Of a DNA stretch of 20,000 nt, positions 8,401-14,928 are shown in pieces (within the stretch, counting starts at the first letter, position 1; every line of letters starts with the position of its first letter). The DNA comes from an uncultured virus (IMG/VR IMGVR_UViG_3300031787_000074). Its lineage: Duplodnaviria; Heunggongvirae; Uroviricota; Caudoviricetes. The stretch lies in IMG/VR virus record IMGVR_UViG_3300031787_000074; one strand, 5' to 3'. The notes under the pieces are model-generated. The model did no database searches and was not told the DNA's origin. It worked only from the letters and a program-made list of their open reading frames with translations. A program made the translations under genes and the position numbers.

Positions 8401-9897
8401 GTTCTTTGGAACATATTTGATTTTGCCGCTAACCAAAGCAGCCACTACGTTTGAATTCTTGTTTTCAAGCTCTTTGGGGAAAGCTATTACAGAGTCAGCA
8501 ATATCCTGAGGAGTTTTCCATACAGGTTTATTTCCATTCTTTACGTCAAGAAACTTGGCATAGACCTTTCCATCCTTACCTTTCATGGAAGATTGAGCCA
8601 AACGGCTATCAACACCTACCTTTAGAGATTCAGGAGTGAGTAGAGGATCGACATAACCAAAGTGAGAAGGCTGAACCGACCTGGCTTCGTCTGGAACAGC
8701 GTCCAGAGAAGGAATACCGCCTTCGCCAAGACGACTCATTCTGGTCAGCTGGCCAAGAATCTCAGCGTTGTTCACTTCTTCAGAAGGCTGTCCAAGTCCA
8801 GAACTTGTAATTGCAGCATTCAAATGCTTGCCAAGGAAGTTAGTTCCCAGAGGACTGAGATTATTTTTGAATGTGGCTTTCCACAGTAAAGGCCTCATGA
8901 CCTTGTAGGCTGAGCGCATCTTCTCAGAAAACAGATCCTCAGGACCCATGATCATCTGATAGGCCATGGCATCGCGGTCGTCTGGATCTGCTTCTCTCTT
9001 GTTTATGGCCACGATCTTCTTTGTGGCATCAATAATGGCATCTACTGACAAGTTTTTATACGGTTTGCCTAGTGTTCTTGACGTTACAACACCATCTAAA
9101 TGCATGTTCTCAAAGAAGTTACGAAGCTTTTGATACTTGCTTTCCTTGTCTCCTTCCTGATCAGCCTTCCTAAGAGTTCTTTGGATTAGCTTTTCCAGAA
9201 CCTGCGGGTCGTTTTGCCTGGCGTTTACTTCGTACAGCTCGTTTCCCCAAGAGTCTCTAAGCTGTTTGTCTGTTGCACCCATGGCTTTGAGCAGGGGAAA
9301 CAGAGGCATGGACGCTTGGCCCATGGAAACTTTGAATACGCCGCGAGCTGGATCTAGAGAATATCTGTGAGAAACACCTTTACCAGGAAGTACGTTAACG
9401 TGAGATTCTATTTCACCGTTCTGCTTTTCTCTCGTATATATCCCTGGGCGCAATCTGGCTTGGTTGGCAAGTGTGTATTCAACACCATTAAGTACGAAAG
9501 TGCCGCCATTTGTCATCTTGGGAATACGAGCCATGGTTATGGCTTTTTCATCAACGATGTTTCCCTGCGTGTCCTGAAGCTGCCATATGCCCTGAAGCCT
9601 TCTTTCAAGGCTTTCTTTTCTAAGAATGGCTTTCTTTCGTTCTTTTATGGAAGGAACTGGGCTATCTAGATAGCTAGCGCTGACTAGCTTTAGCTTATAC
9701 CTATTGTTTTCAAATACAGGAATTTCTTTCGTAGCGTTTAAAACACCGTCGTATATGGAGTTACGAGTCTTATCTATGTCAGAAAAAGACCGCATCTCTT
9801 CCTGAGGTTTATTTAAAATAGGCGCGGCCAGATTGCCAAGAACTCCTGCAGGCTTGTTTGGTCCCGCAGGAGTTCCACCGTCTAGGACAGAAGCCAT
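5461..9897 (-). CDS. rpoBC: DNA-directed RNA polymerase, beta subunit fused to the N-terminal catalytic half of beta' (1478 aa)
   Basis: Beta motifs in order: IPKMTNGGTFVLNG, EARSVQPSHFGYVDPLLTPE, RVMMGARMLTQALP, GQNFEDAIVISE, VGDKLSGRYGDKGVIS, LVNPLGIISRTNPGQ, FMKLHHM, QLRSAGIN. Then, with no stop, beta' motifs: ITSPETVD..KPIKGGLF, IPVLPPIFRP, RKLLSTTVDVVGRGVI, INRAPVLHRYG, GADFDGDTM (5725-5745 for GADFDGD). Confidence 0.96.
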   Translation of the reverse strand: MASVLDGGTPAGPNKPAGVLGNLAAPILNKPQEEMRSFSDIDKTRNSIYDGVLNATKEIPVFENNRYKLKLVSASYLDSPVPSIKERKKAILRKESLERRLQGIWQLQDTQGNIVDEKAITMARIPKMTNGGTFVLNGVEYTLANQARLRPGIYTREKQNGEIESHVNVLPGKGVSHRYSLDPARGVFKVSMGQASMPLFPLLKAMGATDKQLRDSWGNELYEVNARQNDPQVLEKLIQRTLRKADQEGDKESKYQKLRNFFENMHLDGVVTSRTLGKPYKNLSVDAIIDATKKIVAINKREADPDDRDAMAYQMIMGPEDLFSEKMRSAYKVMRPLLWKATFKNNLSPLGTNFLGKHLNAAITSSGLGQPSEEVNNAEILGQLTRMSRLGEGGIPSLDAVPDEARSVQPSHFGYVDPLLTPESLKVGVDSRLAQSSMKGKDGKVYAKFLDVKNGNKPVWKTPQDIADSVIAFPKELENKNSNVVAALVSGKIKYVPKNQVEYVLPHMEDSFNPLVNMIPLKSTIKGQRVMMGARMLTQALPIANAESPFVQSGVPGPDDESYEERYGKYMGAVHSDVEGQVVKVTPEEIHIKGSDGKVHVKEIHDNLPYNRKTYLHNTPVVMPGDMVKKNTLIARSNFTDAKGATALGLNMRTAYIPYKGQNFEDAIVISEAAAKRLSSEHMYQNDVEFEDNAKYGKKTFISMFPGTYDKAILDNMDEDGVIKKGSIVNADTPLILQVKQKELAHNQITRGKAPTFSDSTVTWDHHDKGVVTDVEKTRKGVVVTVKSYSQMQVGDKLSGRYGDKGVISEIVPDNHMPVDSDGRPFEVLVNPLGIISRTNPGQMVEAVLGKIAEKHGKRYAVKDFSDIEDMIEFAKKELSKHNMSDREDILDPIDSTKIRDVFTGNRFFMKLHHMAESKGSGRGLGSYTSEESPAKGGPMGSKRVSLADNNALLSHGALDVLTDAGAIRGQKNQDYWAAFMSGRTPPEPRIPLVYHKFFEQLRSAGINPIRTGPRIQIMALTNKDIDQLAAGREITSPETVDWKEGLKPIKGGLFDESTTGGHGGNRWSYIKLAEPLPNPVMEEPIRRILGLTQNRFNAILSGKETFNEMSGPEAIKKSLERIDINEATKRAETEWRNSKKSSKDAALKRWAILKHTQRLKMHPKDWMMDKIPVLPPIFRPVAVMGSGDRPLVADPNYLYKEAFEANQALKETRRISNEVGDERLALYRSFKAVTGLGDPISPKNQERGVKGVLKYVFGDNPKFSVMQRKLLSTTVDVVGRGVISPNANLDLDQVGIPINKAWEIYKPFIVRRLARQGVSPIRAAELVQNKDKLALTAMQQEMNDRPVIINRAPVLHRYGVMAFKPILVDNETMQLCPAVVTGFGADFDGDTMNYHVPVSDGAVKDALEKMLPSKNLLSTKTFKVHQLPKNEYQGGLYQATAFVSNKPERYFATKADAIRAYKSGEIGPDQKVVILNS

Positions 9898-9900
9898 GGC

Positions 9901-10917
9901 TTATTCCTCGTTATCTTCTTCCTGGTCTTCAGACTCTTCTACTTTTTTCTTCTTTTCATGAATTGGAAGAGCCATAAGCTTTGGAGGAGAAGCAGCCTGC
10001 CTTGCAGCAGCTCTTTCTCTGGCTATTTCGCCAAGGAGCTTGGAAGGATCTCTCTTGCTGAAGTATTCGTATCCAAGGGTTGTTCCAAGAACAGGCAAAC
10101 CAGCCAAAGCTGTAAGCCCCAAACCTCCAATTATGTTACCGGCGGATTCTAAAGAAGCTCTTGCCGCATTAGGGTCAATGCCTGCTTGCTCATAAATAGG
10201 GTCTGTAATCATTCTGCTAGTAGGTATAAGATCACCGCTAGCCTCAACTTTATAAGGAGGATATTTGCCAGATATCTTAAGAATGTACGCTAGCTTTTCC
10301 AGGTTGTACCGCAGCTCTTTGGCTACAGCCTTATCCCCAGAACCGGCTTTTTGCATCTTTAGTTTATCTTCGTCATAAGACTCCATTAGAGCCTTGTTGA
10401 ACTCTTCCGCCTCATCAGAAACATCTTCTTGAATCTGCTTGGCTCGTCTTGAGTTGAGAATGGCGTTGGTCAGCTTGTAGCCGCCATACATAGTTCCCAA
10501 GCCGCCAAGAATACTGAGAGGCCAGAAAATTGGCGCTTCTGCAGGGCTTTGAGCTTCGTGGCCGTGAAGCCAGCTAGCTTGTTCATATGGTTTTCTGTAA
10601 GCGCCTAAGGCCTTGGCTATAAGGTTGCTTTGCGTTGGCTTTTCAGAAGATGCCTTTATAGCTTCTTCTACAATCTGCTCTTTTACGTCCTCTTCAGGAT
10701 CTTCCGTATAGTTTGGATGGGGAAGAGGAAGTATTGATGGGGTTCTAGACCTGAACTTGGCTTTATTCTTTTTGAAGACGCCAGGAATTTCCTGAGCCGC
10801 TCTGGCTCCAGCTCCAAGCATGGCCGAACCTAGAAGAACTTGGCTCAGCAGTCCGTAAGTTTTATTTACCGCTCTGTTTGAATCATCAATTTCATCTGCT
10901 TTCTTTTCTTGAGACAT
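9901..10917 (-). CDS. hypothetical protein with three Gly-rich hydrophobic segments, about 338 aa
   Basis: Re-started at ATG 10917 (MSQEKKAD; GAGGAG SD; upstream stop at 10920). Segments LLSQVLLGSAMLGAGA, IFWPLSILGGLGTMYGGY, IIGGLGLTALAGLPVLGTTLGY; acidic tail. Confidence 0.82.
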   Translation of the reverse strand: MSQEKKADEIDDSNRAVNKTYGLLSQVLLGSAMLGAGARAAQEIPGVFKKNKAKFRSRTPSILPLPHPNYTEDPEEDVKEQIVEEAIKASSEKPTQSNLIAKALGAYRKPYEQASWLHGHEAQSPAEAPIFWPLSILGGLGTMYGGYKLTNAILNSRRAKQIQEDVSDEAEEFNKALMESYDEDKLKMQKAGSGDKAVAKELRYNLEKLAYILKISGKYPPYKVEASGDLIPTSRMITDPIYEQAGIDPNAARASLESAGNIIGGLGLTALAGLPVLGTTLGYEYFSKRDPSKLLGEIARERAAARQAASPPKLMALPIHEKKKKVEESEDQEEDNEE

Positions 10918-10919
10918 GG

Positions 10920-11264
10920 TCACAGTCTCCTCTGTACGTTCTTTGGAATGATGCCGACTACTTCGCCCCATTCCAGATGGATTCTTATCTCTTTACCGTC
11001 TTCAGATATGAGCTTAGTCCTATCTATTAGACGGAATAACCCGTTGACTATCTTATCCAGTATCTGTGTATATTCTTCTAAATCTGAAGAATTACCAAGA
11101 TCAAATACCTTCACATTCGCATTAACGCCGTGAGGTATATTGTCGTACTCTTCCTGAGTTAGATTTGGCGTGGCGTTTCCCATTAAGGGAAAGCCTTGCG
11201 AAGTTACAGCTCTTGAATCAGCGCGATACTTAGCCCCAACACCAAACTGATTCAGTATCTTCAT
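10920..11264 (-). CDS. hypothetical protein, 114 aa
   Basis: ATGA overlap with the upstream gene; fits operon packing. Confidence 0.78.
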   Translation of the reverse strand: MKILNQFGVGAKYRADSRAVTSQGFPLMGNATPNLTQEEYDNIPHGVNANVKVFDLGNSSDLEEYTQILDKIVNGLFRLIDRTKLISEDGKEIRIHLEWGEVVGIIPKNVQRRL

Positions 11265-11725
11265 ATACCGCCGCTTTCTTTAAGCCTTCTAAGTTTGTTC
11301 TTCATCCTGATCTTAGCCTTCTGAATAGCTAAGTCGTTTATTACTTCCTCGGCTTTTGCTTCTTGCTCGGCCAAAGGATCTGAGCGCATGTCAGCCAAGG
11401 CTTTACCAGCCAGAATACCAGAACCTGTGGCTGCTATGCCTGTAGCTGCCAGTATCTTTGGAGCGTTATTGAGTATCCAGTCAGAGTATCCAGTAGCAGC
11501 CAAAGCCGCACCTGCGTTCTGAACTGGAGTAGAAGCTCCAAGAGTGTTTAAAGTTATGCCTGTGCCAAGACCTTTAGCTAGCCTTGACCCAAGAGTTTCG
11601 TTGTCAGCTTGTTTCTCAAGCTTATGAATGGCAGTCTTAACTCGCTCGTTCATCTGAGCAAGAGTTAGACCTTCGTCCAGACATCTACTTATAAAAGCTA
11701 ACTTGAAACTGGTCAGAGGATCCAT
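11261..11725 (-). CDS. hypothetical protein with Gly/Ala-rich hydrophobic segments, 154 aa
   Basis: GAGGTG SD overlapping the upstream stop; leader ...VKTAIHKLEKQA followed by LAKGLGTGITL and ILAATGIAATGSGILAG. Confidence 0.82.
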   Translation of the reverse strand: MDPLTSFKLAFISRCLDEGLTLAQMNERVKTAIHKLEKQADNETLGSRLAKGLGTGITLNTLGASTPVQNAGAALAATGYSDWILNNAPKILAATGIAATGSGILAGKALADMRSDPLAEQEAKAEEVINDLAIQKAKIRMKNKLRRLKESGGI

Positions 11726-11728
11726 GAA

Positions 11729-12091
11729 TCACCTCTTTGGAATATTCAGGCCTGACAGTGAGACATAAACTCTCTTTCGTTCTTCAGCTTGTTGTCTGCG
11801 AATGTCAGGGTCCATTGGATTTCCCTGATCTTCAGCAGCCTTTATAACTTCCATAAGATTTTTAGCTGCTTGCAATAGTTCGCGGCGTTCGTCAACGTAG
11901 TGACCACCACGATCTCTCATGTGCTCAGCTTCTCTTGCAAATGAAACTGCTCTATATCTCATAGTCATTGGGGCTTCATATTTGATATCACCTGCTTTCT
12001 CATCAATAATCGCAACCATTCCGTCCTGAGCCCAATACCTCAGGTCTCTGAAAGAAAACACTTTGCTGTTTTTTACAATGTCTTCAGCCAT
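11729..12091 (-). CDS. hypothetical protein, 120 aa
   Basis: ATG with AAAGGG upstream; charged, helical-looking; 3-bp gap to the next gene. Confidence 0.78.
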   Translation of the reverse strand: MAEDIVKNSKVFSFRDLRYWAQDGMVAIIDEKAGDIKYEAPMTMRYRAVSFAREAEHMRDRGGHYVDERRELLQAAKNLMEVIKAAEDQGNPMDPDIRRQQAEERKRVYVSLSGLNIPKR

Positions 12092-12108
12092 GATAGCCCT
12101 TTCTATAC

Positions 12109-13098
12109 TTAATCTAGCTTAAGCACTCTGTCTAAAACCCTGAAGTCGTTTACCGACTTACACGTCTCATCCCTTCTATCAGTATCGTCTGAACTCTGGC
12201 TAGACAACATCAGTGTATCACGCCCTCGAACCACAAGCACTCTCAAACTAAGTATCGTATCTCCGTTCTCAGAGTGAACGTCATAAGCTGTTACAGGTAA
12301 TTTTCTATCATTTAAAAAAATATCATTTGAGCCATTCTTTCCTAAACTTATTACCCATCTGTTTGATTCAGGATTTGACGTGTCAGCTCTTGTTAGTTGA
12401 ACCAGAGAACTTTCAGGCAATGGCTCTTGAGGATAATAGATCTCATCCTCATACATCTCCGAGTATCCATACCATGGGTTGTACATGGTTGTTCCTGGAA
12501 TCTCTCTATCAGGAACATCTACTTGTTCTATTCTTTCTCTTTCTTCCATTACTCCCGACATATCCAATAACTGATTTATCAAAGCATTCCTTTCTCTTAG
12601 AACTTCTCCTCTTTCCAATACTAACCTTGAATACAGTCCTTGGTTTCTTAGAGGAGCAGCTATTCTTGCCATTAGGGCTAATTCTTGGTCTATCTTATTC
12701 TGTAGCAAGTCTAACCATGCTTTTCTGTTTCTGTTGTTTAAATACCTTACTGAAGAGCGTCTATTTGATATCGAGCCTTCTGGTCTTTCCATATAGTCTT
12801 TTATTGCTTCTTGAGATAGTTCTATCATTGCGGCTATATATTGTCTGACTGCTGTGCCTAGAGTTGGATTTATTTCATCTAACTGAGCATATGTTGCAAT
12901 ATAACTTTCTCTAAGAAGCTTTAATTGTTCTTCCATGAATTCTTGAACTGTATATACGCTTTCTTCTAAATCGAATGATCTTGCTGAAATAGAAAAGCCG
13001 AATGGAAGTATGTACGAATGCTGCCTTATATCTTCTGAGGCGTTTTCGTTCACTTCTCTTTCCATTCTTATTGCTTCTTCGTGAGAAGATTCATACAT
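12109..13098 (-). CDS. hypothetical Glu/Arg-rich protein, 329 aa
   Basis: ATG with GGAGG upstream; long ORF in visibly AT-rich DNA; no recognised domain. Confidence 0.8.
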   Translation of the reverse strand: MYESSHEEAIRMEREVNENASEDIRQHSYILPFGFSISARSFDLEESVYTVQEFMEEQLKLLRESYIATYAQLDEINPTLGTAVRQYIAAMIELSQEAIKDYMERPEGSISNRRSSVRYLNNRNRKAWLDLLQNKIDQELALMARIAAPLRNQGLYSRLVLERGEVLRERNALINQLLDMSGVMEERERIEQVDVPDREIPGTTMYNPWYGYSEMYEDEIYYPQEPLPESSLVQLTRADTSNPESNRWVISLGKNGSNDIFLNDRKLPVTAYDVHSENGDTILSLRVLVVRGRDTLMLSSQSSDDTDRRDETCKSVNDFRVLDRVLKLD

Positions 13099-13117
13099 GG
13101 ATCCTTCCTCCTATACC

Positions 13118-14200
13118 TTATTGACCAAACAATCCTGGTATTACTGCCTTTAGTGCTCCAGCGAACATTCCTGTATTCTGTAATGTTCTTTGGGCTGTTG
13201 GTGTCAGACCAGCTAATGCTCCAAGCACCTTTCCGCCTATATATGCCTGGGATAATCCAGCGCCCATTCCAAGTCCTACTCTTGAAATGTCGAATGGAGA
13301 TATGATTCCCATGTTTCCTTTTGATTGGTTTGCTGCTTCTGTTAGTCCGACTGTTGCTGTTCTTAGTGGTATTGAGGCAAAAGGATCCATCATTACTGAT
13401 CTGTTGAATGCGTCGACAGGAATGGTTGGAAGGTTTTCTATGCCTGATTGGGATAGAGATTGCTTTTGCATATAGTCATCTAGCATTTGTTCTGATTCTT
13501 TGTTTGGGTGTATATCTTTTATTCCTTCAAATGCTCTATTGATTGCTTCTGAGATTTTTTCTTGAGGTTTTTCTTCTGGCTGAGAACCCCAGAACACATT
13601 TGGCTTTACCCAGGCATTCCACTTACTCTTATCCTTGTCGTCCCAATTCCTCATTCCTACAACTCCTAGATATGCTGGAATTGCTGCTCCGCCCAAAGCT
13701 CCAATGACTCCAAGAGTCTTGTTGAGCCTGTCTCTTTTTACAAACCTTTCTGGAAATAGTCTTTCTAGCAGACTTCCTGTCAAATATCCCGCGCCGCCTC
13801 CTAAAGCTCCGCTAGTTAACATTGAGAATAAAGGGCTTGTTCCAAACTCTCCGAAGTTTTGATTGAAGGAGTTTGGAGCCAAGTTCATTAGCTTGGGAAT
13901 CGTTGAAAGAGTATCTTTTGCTTTCAATGGCTCTGCTGCTCTCTTTACGAATATCCATCTCTTGTTTTCAGGCAGCTTTGTTTCCCTATGACCTATTTCA
14001 AATCCTTTCTTCTGCATGTTCTCTACTGTTGATAGGCAATCTGTAGTTAGTAATCCTGGATTGTCTGCATCGAACCAGACAACTGAATTGTCTTCAAGGG
14101 CGCTAGAAACCTTTTCGTGAAATGGCTTAAGAGACTTAATTGCTTCCTTGACCATTTCTGGAAGGAGCAAGTATTCCATCTTTAGAAGAGTGTCGGTCAT
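13118..14200 (-). CDS. glycine-zipper-type hypothetical protein, 360 aa
   Basis: Segments GALGGGAGYLTGSLL, LGVIGALGGAAIPAYLG, VGLGMGAGLSQAYIGGKVLGALAG; starts 1 bp after the upstream stop. Confidence 0.85.
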   Translation of the reverse strand: MTDTLLKMEYLLLPEMVKEAIKSLKPFHEKVSSALEDNSVVWFDADNPGLLTTDCLSTVENMQKKGFEIGHRETKLPENKRWIFVKRAAEPLKAKDTLSTIPKLMNLAPNSFNQNFGEFGTSPLFSMLTSGALGGGAGYLTGSLLERLFPERFVKRDRLNKTLGVIGALGGAAIPAYLGVVGMRNWDDKDKSKWNAWVKPNVFWGSQPEEKPQEKISEAINRAFEGIKDIHPNKESEQMLDDYMQKQSLSQSGIENLPTIPVDAFNRSVMMDPFASIPLRTATVGLTEAANQSKGNMGIISPFDISRVGLGMGAGLSQAYIGGKVLGALAGLTPTAQRTLQNTGMFAGALKAVIPGLFGQ

Positions 14201-14201
14201 C

Positions 14202-14786
14202 TTAGTTTCTCGAATAGAAGGCTGAAGGCATGTGTGATTGAAGCATGTGTATTCTGAAGTTTGTGGGTTTGTGCGTTAATCCCACAATACCGTTCTTTGG
14301 TTCGTCGCTTATGTCGAATTCGTCTGGAGCTGCTGATACAAGTGCTCTAAGTATTATATTCTTCCTTATATATTGTTTCTTGTCTGATAGCTCTTTGGCT
14401 GTTATCAGGCTTTTTAGTGTTTCGCTCTTTGCTGCATACTTTAGGGCTGAAGGCTCTTCTTCTAGTCCAGCCAACACGGACAGTTTGTTTGCAAGATAGT
14501 TTGAGCCTAAGGCTCCAAGTATTGCTCCCAAGGCTTTTCCTGGAGTTACAGAACTATCTGTTGATCCTGACAAAGCTCCTCCTACGCCATAACCTCCTAT
14601 TGCTCCTGTTCCTGTTGCCAGTCCTTTCATGCCTCCTCGAATAAGGTCTAGTAGCCTTGTGTATTTGTTCTTGCCTTTTCCGCCTGTTGGTTCAGCTAGG
14701 GCTGATCCGGCTATTGTGGTAAGTCCAAGCAAGCCCGCAGCTGGACTAACTGGAAAAATATTTGCGGGTTTTGACTCTTTGCTCAT
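14202..14786 (-). CDS. glycine-zipper-type hypothetical protein, 194 aa, first gene of the leftward operon
   Basis: Segments AAGLLGLTTIAGSALA, GGMKGLATGTGAIGGYGVGGAL, ALGAILGALGSNYLA. Confidence 0.82.
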   Translation of the reverse strand: MSKESKPANIFPVSPAAGLLGLTTIAGSALAEPTGGKGKNKYTRLLDLIRGGMKGLATGTGAIGGYGVGGALSGSTDSSVTPGKALGAILGALGSNYLANKLSVLAGLEEEPSALKYAAKSETLKSLITAKELSDKKQYIRKNIILRALVSAAPDEFDISDEPKNGIVGLTHKPTNFRIHMLQSHMPSAFYSRN

Positions 14787-14844
14787 GTTACCGCTTCCAT
14801 TAAACCAGTGTGGCTTTGTACTTATGTCTAATTATTAAATCCGT

Positions 14845-14873
14845 TTGCTTGCTTTTTGCTTCCTTTCTACAAT
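14845..14873 (+). promoter_or_regulatory. sigma70-like promoter TTGCTT-N17-TACAAT for nrdJ
   Basis: TTGCTT 14845-14850 and TACAAT 14868-14873, 17-bp spacer, in the divergent intergenic region. Confidence 0.6.
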
Positions 14874-14879
14874 CCTCTT

Positions 14880-14906
14880 ACCGCCGCATTTGGCGGTTCT
14901 TTTTTT
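14880..14906 (+). terminator. intrinsic-terminator-like hairpin in the nrdJ 5' leader
   Basis: ACCGCC-gcattt-GGCGGT followed by TCTTTTTTT. Confidence 0.5.
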
Positions 14907-14928
14907 GTTGAGTTGAAAGGGTAGAAAG

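Noticed and set aside
5475..9669. Short ORFs nested in or antisense to the RNAP gene
   Set aside because: They overlap a strongly supported CDS and have no recognisable features.
1..9897. Cellular rpoBC locus or pseudogene
   Set aside because: No rplL/rpsL neighbours, orphan genes all around, strong divergence, yet intact frames and catalytic residues.
14874..14928. Cobalamin riboswitch upstream of nrdJ
   Set aside because: The leader is too short and no B12-box was seen.
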